Below, piece by piece: positions 41,936-55,780 of a stretch of 64,000 nt of DNA. The stretch lies in the NCBI GenBank assembly GCA_951406725.2, contig OX597823.1, forward strand, positions 47,244,001 through 47,308,000, given 5' to 3'. Position 1 is the stretch's first letter. Each line of letters begins with the position of its first letter. This DNA is from Octopus vulgaris. Its lineage: Eukaryota. Both the position numbers and the translations under genes were made by a program. A model generated the notes under the pieces. The model made no database searches and was not told the DNA's origin. It saw only the letters and a list, made by a program, of their open reading frames with translations.

Positions 41936-42959
41936 GTAATTCAGATAAATAGTAAAATATATTTGTGAGTATATATGTATGCGTATGTCCGGGTTTGTGC
42001 GCGTGTATCAATGTATGTTTACATAAAACTTTTATTCGCAAATTCTCGAAAAGTTCAGAAGAAGAGAATGAAAAGTATCGCGAAAAAGAACAACTAACAA
42101 ACAAACAGAAAAAAAAAAAACATTTCTTCTTTTTTTCTTTTTTCGCTCTCTCTCTCATTTTCCCTAACATCAAACACTCGCTTTAATAAACATCAATCTC
42201 ATTCACTTCACCAAGTTACCTTAAAACTTCAGTAACTATGCCCCCTCTCTTTCCCTTTATTATTCGTTCCCTTTCCTCATCATCACCACTGCTGCTGTCG
42301 CCCTCTTCTTCATCTTCTTCTTCTCTCCCCATCATCATCAACTGGTGATATTGCATTCTTATACACTAGTGCTGCCAGCATTGACTGATTGTTCGTGCTA
42401 AATAAACCACCGGTTGTAAACCGTAGTAAAGTAAGCTGGTTTTGTTACAGCAGTGGTAGAAGGAAACCCTTGCACTTAGCAAAATAGCACGAGTACCATC
42501 GTCATCATCAGCAGCGATAGCACCGCCACCAGTGCCACCAACCACCCATACCGACACCTTGTCTAAGAGCACTAGTAGCAGTTAAGGTTTTAGTAGCAGT
42601 TCTAAGAGCAGCAGAAATAGCAGTAAAAGGGAAGGTGGAAGGGATGTGTGTCGGCAGCGACCACCGTACTTGATGACGATGGTTGTTATTGTGAGTTGCA
42701 GTAGTGACAAGGCAGCAGCAGGGCAGCACTAGTACTAACTATTATAGTAAGTTAGCAATGATGAGGTGGTGGAGGTGGTGGTGGTAGTGGTGATGGTAAG
42801 GGTAATCATGTTGGCGGCGATGATGATGATGATGGCGGTGGTGGTGGTGGTGGTGGTGATGATGACGGTGCCACATGTTTCTGGATCAGCAATATTCTGT
42901 TAGTAATAATTATGATGATACCGACTATTACACAAATGATGATGATGATGATGATGGTA

Positions 42960-43476
42960 GGGGTGGCGATGGTGGGCTCGTCGGCGACACCGGAGTAGTA
43001 GCTATAGTAGAGACCAAAAACCAGGTGCCCTGTAAGGTCTCATAAACGACATCGCGTGCTCATTGGTTGCAAGAGAAGCTAGTTGTCTCCCCTGCAGTCT
43101 CCTCCAACCTAGGCCTGCGAGAAGGCCTTTTTTTTTTCCTACAACCCCGGCTTTCTGAAAAGCTGCTGCCTTCACTAAAAGCTCCATAAAGAGAGCGTGC
43201 GAGGTAGAAAGGAAGTAAGACTCGACAGACAGTCGGATAGAGTGAGTGTAAAAGCGAAAGAAAAGGAAAGATAGACAGAAAAGGAGCCAGCCAGCCAGCC
43301 ACACACGATTGCACGAGGGCAATGACTGGTTCTTAACGAAATATACCCGCTGCTGCTGCTGTTGTTGTTATTCCTTCTCCTCCTCCCCTTCGCACCCGGC
43401 TTCTATTACTCCTTCCTCCTTCACTTCTTTACAGACAGGCAACACCCGATCGGATCAGGACTCTTTAATAGAAAAG
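42960..43476 (+). promoter_or_regulatory. Candidate promoter / 5' exon region
   Basis: Transposon-free unique sequence retaining CpGs, with inverted CCAAT (ATTGG at 43062-43066), a pyrimidine tract plus CAG at 43434, and a donor AAG|GTGAGC at 43476/43477. Confidence 0.4.
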
Positions 43477-44192
43477 GTGAGCTTTCGGGATCATTTCTTT
43501 CGTAACACCTTGTTTATTTCTTATAATGTAATCTTTTCTTTCGTGTTATGTATTTTTTTTTTCGTAATAACCACTTGTTACCCTTACTTAAAGAAAGCTT
43601 CGTGGGGGAATGCCCTAGCATATATATATACACATAAACACACATATTCTTGTACTTAAATATATATCCTATGTTAGATGCGTTTGTGTTTGTATTTATA
43701 TACGTGTGTCGATGTAAGTCGAGTTTTTATATATATATGTGTGTCACTTTATACATGTGAAAGTATGTTTTTATAGGAACATATATAAATATACATTACA
43801 TGTTCGCATATATACTTATAAATATATACATAAATATATAGCAAAAGTAAAGTGAGTTACACACGAGCTCATACATACACACACACACACATATATATAT
43901 ATATACACACATATAGAAATATATATATATACATATATACATATGTAAATATATATATATATATGTGTGTGTATGTATGTATACACAAACGATTATAATT
44001 GCGCGCACAGACACTGGTTTGATTACATACATACATGCGATCACACACACATATAGATATGCATGCGATCCTCTTATTGGATCTGTAGTAATTATATCCT
44101 GTCTGTCTGATGTCTGTCCATCTTTCTTTCTCTCTCTCTGCCACGATATCTTTCTGTCTGTCACTCCTTCAAAATTGCAGTGTGTGTAATTT

Positions 44193-44227
<35 letters not shown>

Positions 44228-44545
44228 TTGATTATACTGTTATATACGTAGAATGTGAGAGTGGGTGTGTGTGTGTGTATAAGTATGTGTGTGTTAATAT
44301 ACAGTATTACACATGATTGTATATACACACACACATATATATGTATATGTATGTATATATGATGTATATATACATACGCTTACATGCACATATACGTGCA
44401 GATAGGTCTACATGTGCATTTGTCCATGTATGTATGTCTGTATGTACGTATGTAATGTTTGTGTAATTATGTGTGAATATACACTTACACACACATATGT
44501 ATGTATGTATTTATGTATATACAAGCACTTATATATATATTTGTG

Positions 44546-44581
<36 letters not shown>

Positions 44582-44625
44582 TGAGAAATTCAGTCAGGTA
44601 GAATAGGTATGAATATATATGCAAT

Positions 44626-44673
<48 letters not shown>

Positions 44674-45090
44674 GACAGATGTGTATATAAAGGCACAGAA
44701 AAGTATATATGCAATACATATATATATATTGTTATATAAATATGCAGGTGGATGCATATATGTGTATATGTACACATGTGTATATATATCTATATATTAA
44801 ATGCGTATATATACATATATATATATGTATATGCACATATATATACACACGTATATAGATATACTTACATTTATATACATAGGTAGATATATGTATAAAT
44901 ATAAATACATATATAGACATGTGCATGTATAGATATGTATACTTATATATATATATCTATACCGTTTTCGGCGAAACAAAAATCCTACCCCTAACACTAA
45001 ACCCTAACCACTGGTTGTACGTATTCTTTACTTTCGGCATATATCTTTATGTGCATATGTATGCAAATATGAACGCATTATGGATGTATG

Positions 45091-45185
<95 letters not shown>

Positions 45186-45218
45186 GACACACACATTTCT
45201 ATACATATATATAAATAA

Positions 45219-45270
<52 letters not shown>

Positions 45271-45580
45271 GATCATCATTGTCGTCGTCGTTTAACGTCC
45301 GCTTTCCATGCTGGCATGGGTTGGACGCTTTGACTGACGGCTGGCAGGTCAGAAGGCTGCACCAGATATATATGTATATATATCAATGTACATATACTCC
45401 CGATCAGTATATATGTGTGTGTGTGTGTGTATATATATGTATATACATATGTGTATATATATATATATATATATGTATATACATATGTATATATATATAT
45501 ATGTATATACATACATATGTGTATATATATACTTATATACATGTGTATGTATATATATATATCCATATATATATACACAC

Positions 45581-45617
<37 letters not shown>

Positions 45618-45725
45618 AATGTATATATATACACATATGTCTATATGTGTGTATATATATATATATAAGCACATATGTATATATCTATCTATCTATATAT
45701 ATATATATATATATACACATATGTA

Positions 45726-45785
<60 letters not shown>

Positions 45786-46134
45786 TATACACATATGTAT
45801 ATATGTATATATATATATATATATACATACATGCACATATGCATATATATATACTGAGTATATGTCCATTTATACCCCTAACTGCATATAAGTATATAAA
45901 CTTAGATGAAATATAGAAATCAGTTCTGCCTGTCTATCCATCAGGATGTCTGTCTCACTGTCTCTCATTCACTGTATCAGTATATATATATGTGTCCGTG
46001 TGTGTGTGTGTGTATATATGTATGCGTGTGTATATATAAAAATTTGTATGTATTTGCTTATATATATATATATATATATATGCGTGTATGTATATATGTG
46101 TGTGTGTGTATCTATGTATTTGTATATATGTATG

Positions 46135-46171
<37 letters not shown>

Positions 46172-46252
46172 GTAACTATTAATATTGTTTAACGTCCGCC
46201 CTCCATGCTAGCATACATACACACAGACACATATATGTATATGTATATATAT

Positions 46253-46315
<63 letters not shown>

Positions 46316-46937
46316 TGTATATCTGTGTGTAAACATATATATGTGTGAGTATATATATATATGTATATCTATTTATGTGTGTGTGTGTGTGTGCGTGTGT
46401 GTATACATATATATGTGTGAGTATATATATATATGTATATCTATATATGTGAGTGTGTGTGTGCGTGTGTGTATAATAAGTCAGTGGAGCTGAAAAAACT
46501 GCGAAAACTGTTTCTGAAGTTTTTTCAGCTTCCATAAAGTAGTATTTTATTCTAAGTTTGATATTCAAATAGAATATTTTCCAACTTGTTTTACACCTAT
46601 GCAGTCACTTGTGTGTGTGTGTGTGTGTGTGTGAGTATATATATATATATAATCATCCATATGAGTAGATGCATATGTCAGTGTTTGTATATGTGTATAT
46701 TCATATATATGTATATATATTTGATAAAGATACTCATCAATTCCTGTACCATATATTTTATATATGTATTTGCATATTTAAATATATATATATATATGTG
46801 TGTTTGTGTGTATATATATATATATATATATATACATGTTAAATGGGCTCTTATATTAATATTGTCACTATGTATGTGTATATATTATGTATATGTATAT
46901 ATTTATAAGAAATATATGTATGTGTATTATGTATGTG

Positions 46938-46968
<31 letters not shown>

Positions 46969-47095
46969 ATGCATGTTTGTATAAAATATTCATAAATGCA
47001 CATGTATAGGTATATTTCTGAATATATATCTTTGTATATGTACATACATATATGTACAAGCACACATGCATAATACATGTGTTTGCATGTCTATA

Positions 47096-47139
<44 letters not shown>

Positions 47140-47991
47140 GCATGACCATATAAACATAGAGATATCCATATCCTTTATCTATCTATCTATCTATCTGTCA
47201 CACACACATATATATATATATACTTATATTTATTTATATACATATTTATATATATATATATTTACTTGTCTAAATATGTTCACATACCTTTATAAGTGTA
47301 TGTGTGTGTATATATGTATATATATATATGTGTATATATATATATATACTTATTACATACACAAATGTAGATATGTATACATTTATATATATGTAAATAG
47401 ATATATATACACATATATAATACATATATATACATATATAATTATATATACGTATAAATATATGTTTGTGTGTATGTATATACATGCATACATATATATA
47501 TATATATATATATATACGAATATCTCTATATAAATACATATTCACAAGCATATACACCTGCATTTATGTAATCTAATATACATATGTGTTTTTTATATGT
47601 GTCTATGTATATATATAAACACACATATATATGCGTGTGTGTGTGTGTGTAATCACTCATGTTTTCGCTTACAAATATACAACACACACACACAAAAAAA
47701 AGTTTTTGGGCTTCTTTTTCTCAGTATTGATTTTGAATGTTTTTGTTGGTGATGTGCCGTACAGCCCGATGCCCTTCATGTCCCCCCCACTTTTTTTTTG
47801 GCCTATTACATCTTTCATTGTTGCCTTGGTTATACTTGGTTCCATTCGATTGTCTTAACCTTCTGTAAATGATGATCCCGCTTGGCTACAGTTCTATGAT
47901 AGAGATAGAAAAAGTTCTAAGATATATCTCTGTATGCATATAGGAGTTTGTTTTTGTGTGTGTGTTCGTATGTGCATGTCTGTATAACAAT

Positions 47992-48036
<45 letters not shown>

Positions 48037-48044
48037 TAGGTTCT

Positions 48045-48215
48045 GTCATGGCTCTTTGGTAAGAAGCTTGCTTTCAAACTACATGGTTCCAGGTTCAGTC
48101 CCACTGTGTGACACCTTGGGCAAGTGTCTTCTACTTAAGCCCTGGGCTGACAAAACTCATGTGAGTGGATTTGGTTGAGGGAAACCGAAAGAAGCCCTTT
48201 GTATATTTACACATG

Positions 48216-48260
<45 letters not shown>

Positions 48261-48530
48261 TATGTAATTCATACAACTCATACAAAATCACACACACAAT
48301 TACATATGTGTGTGTGATTTTGTATGAGTTAGTCCTCAGTAGCTATTCGACAACTGGTGTTGGTTGTGTGTAGGTCCCCTTTGATTAGCAGTTCAGCAAA
48401 AGGGACTGATAGAATAAGCATCAAGTTTTTTTTTTTTTTTTAAAGTACTAAGGTTGATTCATTTGCTTAAAAGCACTTGAAAGCGGTGCCCCAGCATGGC
48501 CACAGTTGAATGAGTGAAACAGGTGATAAA
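48045..48530 (+). mobile_element. SINE family A copy, CpG-decayed
   Basis: Family A layout with many CpG changed to TpG/CpA. Confidence 0.8.
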
Positions 48531-49623
48531 AAAACAAAAAGGTAAAAAAAAAAAAAAAAAAGTATTTCTGTTTGTGTGTGTTCAAATTCGCTATTGAATA
48601 GTTAAGGAATTTTCTTGCAAACTCTGAGGTCTGTGGTTCAATCCTAGCTTGAAGCAAATTGTTGCCTTTTGCCCCACATGTTGATGTTGAATTTCTTAAG
48701 ACAGAAATACAGCATTAGCCCGCTGGAAGAATTGTACGATTAACTTAAAAGCCCATTATTGTGGCACTTGTGTCACACTGATATGAAAAATTATGTAACA
48801 GTATAGGTGCCTCTGTACTTATCTGTCATTTCATATGTAGAACTCGTCCAGTTTATAGATTCTCATGCATTGAAGTCACATTAGAAATTCTTCATATTTA
48901 TGTGTCTGTGTGAGTGCTTTATATATATACATACATACATACATATATAGGTACATGAATAAAAATGTATATACGCTCACAAATATTTCCACAAATATAC
49001 ACACACTTGTATGCATAAATGCTTATATATATTTTGTGTTTATATATGTGTGTAAATACACACACACACACACATATATATATCCATATAGATACCTATA
49101 TAATGCACATATTTGTGTATACACATAGATAGATATCTGTCTACATGTAGGCATATATTTGTAAATATATTGTAAAGTCTAAAATGGTTCACCTACTTGT
49201 TAGGAATGAGATGGTGAAAACGAGCATGTGTCCCTGCATTAGAGTGATCTAAACTCTAAGCCCACCATCAAAATTCCATGTCGATATATCTTCCATACAC
49301 AAGTTTCTAATTTCGGCACAAGGGTAAAATTTCTGGGGGTTGGAGTAGGTCGATTACATTGACCTCATTGCTGAACTAGTTACTTATTTTAATCAACCCT
49401 GGAAGGACGAAAGACAATGCTGATCTGGGCACAATTTGAACTCAGGAAGTAAAATCGGACGAAATGTCACCAAGCATTTTGCCTGACATGCTAATGATTC
49501 TGTCAGCTTACTGTCCTACAGTTAATTAATATTGGTTTCAAATTTTGGCATGAGGCCAGCTATTTCGTAGCAGGTGGGTAAGTCAGTTACGTTCAGCCTA
49601 GTGCCGAACTGGTACTTATTTAA

Positions 49624-49844
49624 CCCTTTCATTACTGTATTTATTTTGAGATGCTCTGTATTTCTCTCAATTATTTTAAATATAACAAATAATTTAGTAA
49701 AATAACTCAGTTATCATTAAGCTAGTGTAAGGAACATTAACTATGACTAAGTTTTGGTGGAAGATTTTAATTCAAAACTTATGAAAACAAGACATTTGTA
49801 CTACAGAGCCAGAGCCGGTTTCAGCCGGGTTGGTAGCGAAAGGG
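49624..49844. mobile_element. piggyBac-like MITE (221 bp) inserted in a family B SINE
   Basis: TTAA|CCCTTTCATTAC ... GTAGCGAAAGGG|TTAA. The flanks rejoin as family B sequence GGTACTTATTTTAATCAACCCC. Confidence 0.85.
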
Positions 49845-50709
49845 TTAATCAACCCCAAAAGGATGAAAGGCAAAAAGGCCATTTAGCATTTTGCCCAGCA
49901 TGCTGACCTTTCTGCCTGCTCGCCACCTTACACCAACATAATAAATGACAAAGTCATTTCTCTAAATTCTTCGTTATCTTCAAAAATTGCCTAATAAAAG
50001 AGACGGTGTATTTAAACATATATAGTGAGAAATAGCTGAAAATCTATCTAAATCTCAGGATATTCTGTCCTGCCATCTCAGCCTTCAGTCATTCTGCTTC
50101 AGAAAGAATATGAGATGAAACTGAGGTGTAAAGGAGTGGGAAGCAAATGGTGAAAGTGTCAGTGTTAAAGTGTGAAAAGGTACATCAATAAATAATAATG
50201 TAACTCAGGTAAAGGAGGCTGGTGGAGGGTGAGGGACCAAAAGCTGGTGCGAAATCCTGCCCTATGACAAATAAAGAAGCACTGAGTTATGGGCTTTCAT
50301 GTAGGGTTTCTGTCAGTGTATGTGTAAGCCTGGTAGGGGATGAGTGGTTGGAGATGATGTTTGTGCATGCTTGTGTGTGTGTGTGTTAGTGTGTTACTTT
50401 TTAACTTATAACTGTTTTAGTCGTTTGATTGTGGCCATACTGGAACACAACCTTAAAAAGTTTAGTTGAACAAACTGACACCAATATGTGTTTTTTCCTT
50501 CTTTTTTTTTTAATTGTTTGATACTTCTACTGTTGATCTTTTTTTTTTTTTGCTGAAAGACTAAGTTAGGGAGTCATAGATAAAGCAACATTGGTCATCA
50601 GGCAGTGGGGTGGCAAGCACAGAGACACACACACAGACATATGTGAATGTATGTGTGTGCGTTTTTGTATGTAGATAGATAATAGATAGATAGATAGATA
50701 GATATAGAT

Positions 50710-51095
50710 ATTCTTTTATCCTTTTATTTGTTTCAGTCATTTGACTGCGGTCATGCTGGAGCACCACCTTTAGTTGAACAAATTGACCCCTGGACTTAGT
50801 CTTTGGAAGCCCAGTGCTTATTCTATCAGTCCCTTTTGCTGAACTGCTAAGATACGGGGATGTAAACTCACCAACATCGGTTGTCAAGCGATGGTGGGGG
50901 GACAAACACATACATACATACACACATACACGCGAACATATACACACACATATATATATACACGACGGGCTTCTTTCAGTTTCCATCTACCAAATCCACT
51001 CACAAGGCTTTGGTCGACCTGAGGCTATAATAGAATACACTTGCCCAAGGCGCCACGCAGTGGGACTGAACCTGGAACCATGTATTTGGGAAGCA
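50710..51095 (-). mobile_element. SINE family A copy
   Basis: Reverse-complement tail, internal (CA)n and 5' half. Confidence 0.85.
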
Positions 51096-51669
51096 ATCTT
51101 ATTATCATGCAAGATAAGATAGATAGATAAAAAGAAAGAAAGAAAGAAAGAAAGGTAGATATACATGATGAGCTTCAACACAGTTTCTCTTTACCATTGG
51201 TTGACTTGGGGTTTTAGTAGAAGATTTTTGCCCAAGGTGCTGCAGAGTGGGACTGAACCCAAAAGCATGTGTCTGCAAAACGAGCTTCTTACCCACACAA
51301 CCATGCATGATAGAGTGTGTGTCACTTTGTTAGGTAGATAAAATGCAAGCATGTTTGTGAGTAAATGTATGTGTGTGTGTGTGTGTGTGAGTTGGGTGGG
51401 TCGGTGGGGGGGATGGAGATATGTCTGAGTTGCGATGAAGTTCAACTCAGAACTATGAATTAGTATAGGAGTTTACATGTGTGGAATTTTCAACAGCATC
51501 CATTGAAAAACATGAGAGTTTTTGTTTGAATTGGAACTTATATGCATGTACCTATATGCATATCTCTGCACACATATTTGTTTTACTTATATATGTATTT
51601 TATTTTTTTATTTTTTTATTTTGGTCAAATCACTCTCCTTGCTACTCCGACTTTTTTTTTTCCCTGTAG

Positions 51670-51684
51670 GTGCCTAGTCTTCAG
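51670..51684 (+). other. Candidate 15-nt microexon with GC-type donor
   Basis: Poly-T tract plus CCCTGTAG acceptor, exon GTGCCTAGTCTTCAG, and donor CAG|GCAAGT, in non-repeat sequence. Confidence 0.45.
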
Positions 51685-51704
51685 GCAAGTTATGACTGCA
51701 AAAA

Positions 51705-51735
<31 letters not shown>

Positions 51736-52054
51736 CAAATAAATAAATAAAATAAATGAAATAATAGAAAAAAAACATTGATGGAATTTGCATGTCTATA
51801 TATAAATATATACAGGGTTCTTCTCATAGGGTGTGGTGGTGGTGGCGGTGGTGGTAGTGGTGGAGAGAAAATGTTGTGAAGGCGGGAAAATGAGAAAAAT
51901 AAATAAAAGGAAGAAAAAAGAAGAAAAAGTTTAAGAAAGCAGATAGAAAAGAAAAGGAAACAAGAAAAAGAAACAAATGAAAAAGAGGGAGAAAAAAGAA
52001 GTGGAAAGGGAGGGTGTATTTTGATAGGAGCAAATAAAGTAGGGGGAGTGGGTG

Positions 52055-52089
<35 letters not shown>

Positions 52090-52098
52090 GCGCTGCTA

Positions 52099-52138
<40 letters not shown>

Positions 52139-52150
52139 TGCGCGCTTATA

Positions 52151-52192
<42 letters not shown>

Positions 52193-53477
52193 GACACATG
52201 CTTATACATTTATATATATACACACACATTGATGCATTTACAAGTATATACATACATGCTAGTGTATATCACTGACATGTTTATAAACATGCGCATGAAT
52301 AGGTGTATGTGTGTGTGTATATATATATGTATATATATCTCTATATATATATAATCTGTATATGTATTGTTGCTGGCATAGATGCGTGATTATGAAGTTT
52401 ACCTGTGAAGCATGTGGTTTCTTTCTTTTGGTGGAGTCCCAGTGTGTGACACCTTGGGCAGGTGTCTTCTGTTGCAGACTAAGTTTTTAATGCTTTGTGA
52501 GTGCATTTGGAAAGATGGAAACTGAAAAAAAACACAAAAACCCAAAGTGCATGTACGTGTCTATATATGTGTGTGTAAGTGTGTCTGTGTGTTTATATAT
52601 TTATATGTGTGTATATGCATATGAGTGACTATATCTGTGTGTGTGCTTCATTGACTTTGTTTTCATCTGCTAATTTTAAACAAACTTTGCTGTCATAGAA
52701 CGGTGATGTTCATTTGTAGAAATCAAGTCCAGACTGAGGAAAAATACTATCTTGTTTGTAAACAGGTGAGTGTTTGTGACAGGTGCAGCATCTGGCTGTA
52801 CTTCTGTCTCACCTAAGGTACCTATGAACCCATGACTGGGAACCCCTGCATTTGTGTGTGTATTTATGTACATGTATATTTAGTACACTATTTGACATTT
52901 TTATTGCATACCATATTGTATTAAAAGTCCTTCCATACATGTGAAACACCTGTTTTTTTTATGCTAAATTTAGATATATATATATATATGTGTATGTGCA
53001 TGCTTATATATATGTGTGTCTACACACACATCTATTTCCCTACTTATGTATGCATATATAAGTATGTATGTATATGTAGGTATAAATCTATGTATATTTA
53101 GGTATATTTTTATATTTGTATTTATGATTATATATACATTATATATGTATGTATAGCTTTCACTTTAGCCATGATTTCTCACGAAAACAATGTTTCAACT
53201 TCACACTTCATTGGTTCTCACAGGAACCAACATAGTTTGTCAAATTGTTTCTTTTGAAGACTTTGTATTACATACATAACTACACCACACTACATATGCA
53301 ACAAGCAACACATACAAATATCACTATATATATATATATATATATATGTCTGTACATTTATATATATATATATATGTCTGCATATATATATATATTTATA
53401 TAGTTATGTATGTATATCTTTATCTAAATATCTATCTACACACATAAACACACACTCATTTACCTAAAACTTCTCTG

Positions 53478-53551
<74 letters not shown>

Positions 53552-53574
53552 TTTTTATATATATATATATGTAA

Positions 53575-53614
<40 letters not shown>

Positions 53615-54458
53615 AAATATCTATCTACACATAAAATTACACTCATTTACTGACATATGTGTATGTATATATCTATGTGTGTTTGCATATATGTTTTTGT
53701 TCAAACATGCTTGTGTGTATATGTATATTTGTATACATATACATACACACACAAGTGCATATGCGAGTAAAAAGATAAACATGTGCATACACACACACAC
53801 ACACATATATATCTATATAATGTATGTATAATATATGTACGAAACAGGTGTAGACTCACCTGCCTCAAGAGAATTCATGTCTTAAAACTAGGTGTCACTT
53901 AAAAAGCATTAGGGTCGGTGTTGGTGCTGGCACCATGTAAAACACCCTGGGGTTGGTGTCACATTAAAAGTCCTAGTGCTGGCTCCATATTTAAAAGCAG
54001 TGGTGCTGGTGCCACACAAAAAGCACCCAGTATGGTCTGTAATGCATTTGGCATTATGGAGGGCAACCACTTGTAGAAACCAAGCTAAAACAGACTAGGG
54101 AACCTGGTACAGCTCCTGTCCTTGCCAGCTCCTGTCAAATCATCCAACCCATGCCAGCATGGAAAATGGACGTTAAAAGATGATGGTAAATGATGATGAT
54201 GAATGATGTATATGCAGAAGTGTCTCTCTGCCTTTCTGTTTGCCTGTCTGTCTGTATCCCCTCCCCCACCTTATTCTATATATGCTGCAAAGTGTGTGTG
54301 TGTAAATTGGCATGTACAGTATATTGAATGATTATACATTAACAATCAAAACAAGCGTACACGCTATTTTCAGGTGGTAAACAGTCATGTTCATTTACCT
54401 AAAACTTCTGTCTGTCTGTCTGTCTCTGTCTCTCTCTCTCTCACACACTCTCTCTCTA

Positions 54459-54501
<43 letters not shown>

Positions 54502-54572
54502 GCACTTGTGTGTGCTTTTGCATTCTTGTATATATATATCCATTCACACACACACACACACATTTGTACATA

Positions 54573-54788
54573 CAAAAAGGTGCTGAAAAGTTCCTGGCTT
54601 TAAGGGTATTGCAAAAAGCCTGGTTGGAGGCCAAACCTCCCAAGTTCTTTTACAGGTCATAGAAAAACTGAAGGACCCACTGCAATAAGTGTGTGAATTT
54701 GAGAGGGAAATATGTTGAATAAAATTATAACTGACTGATCCTCCTGTATTTTCTTTTACCCAAAGCTAGGAACTTTTCAGCACCTCCT

Positions 54789-54790
<2 letters not shown>
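54573..54790. mobile_element. Mariner-type MITE (family E)
   Basis: GGTGCTGAAAAGTTCCTGGCTTT / AAAGCTAGGAACTTTTCAGCACC TIRs, encoding remnant CNKCVNLRGKYVE*. Confidence 0.85.
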
Positions 54791-54823
<33 letters not shown>

Positions 54824-55599
54824 TTGTATGTATATGTTCTATATCTATATGTATATAATATATTTCTGTATATACATGTGTGTGTGTGTGAGATCATTTT
54901 CATTTTGAATGTCTATGTCAGTTTGTTGATGCTACTATAGGTATGAGACCACTTATTCATGTAAAGTTTTCTCTGCTCCATTTTCTTGTTGCTGCCACTG
55001 CCTAAATATTCTGCAAATAATGTATATATTTTTTTTTTGTGAGTCTATTTATTCCTCACACATTGAAAGAAACAAAGCCACTAAAAAAAAAAAAAAAAAA
55101 AAGCTATGGAACTTGTATTTTGTGGCAAAATGTAAATATTGTTGTTCTTTTTTTCTATTAGTGTAAGGGTTTTCAACCTTATTTTGCTTGTGGACGGACA
55201 CCCTTAGACTTATCATTCATGGACCCCATATATGCACATGTAAATTTTTGAAATAAAATATTTGTTTGTAGGTTAGTAAAAAAAATAACAATGAAACAAT
55301 TTTGTTATATTCATAACAGAAATTCCAAATACAAATCTTGAAAATTTCAATAAATACAGGTACCTCTCCTAGTAAACAAAATTTATATATGGACCCACAA
55401 ATTGCAGTTTTTTTACTCGTGGACCCCAGTTGGGAAACCCTGCTTTAGAGTGTCAATTGAGTTTTGTGGAATCCACATGTACACATACATTTATGTGCAA
55501 TACAGAGAAATACATGCATACTTTCATACATACATATACTCACTCACAAAGGTACATTACTTGGACTGATAGTCTCTCAATGGGAGTCCATTATTATTA

Positions 55600-55780
55600 A
55601 TGGCCCTTGAGTGTCCAGACGGCCCTCGAGTGTCCTGATGGCCCTCGAGTGTCCAGATGGCCCTCGAGTGTCCAGATGGCCCTTGAGTGTCCATATGGCC
55701 CTCAAGTGTCCATGTGGCCCTCGAGTATCCATATGGCACTCAGTGGTCCATATGGCCCTCAGTAGTCCATATTGCCCTCG
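55600..55780. repeat. 19-bp minisatellite (ATGGCCCTCGAGTGTCCAG, about 9 units) at the end of a hAT-like MITE
   Basis: GGCCC at 55602, 55621, 55640 and onward. The units grade into the MITE motif GTCCATATGGCCCTC. Confidence 0.9.

Noticed and set aside
42366-42970. Minus-strand His/Pro-rich ORFs
   Set aside because: (GGT)n/(GAT)n low-complexity sequence with stops in all frames over the region.
44983-45010. CCCTAA-like telomeric repeats
   Set aside because: Only about three degenerate units, too short to call an interstitial telomere.
50275-50320. Minus-strand CACTGACAG...GAAAG...TCAGTG ribozyme-like arrangement
   Set aside because: The core and stems II/III do not fit a hammerhead.
51670-51684. 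Assigning VPSLQ to a voltage-gated calcium channel (GVPSLQVV motif)
   Set aside because: Five residues are not significant and no other channel exons are visible in the window.
52700-52800. Strong donor CAG|GTGAGT at about 52764
   Set aside because: It lies in sequence resembling a decayed family D-like repeat (GTGACAGG..GCATCTGGCTGTA), so it is probably repeat-derived.
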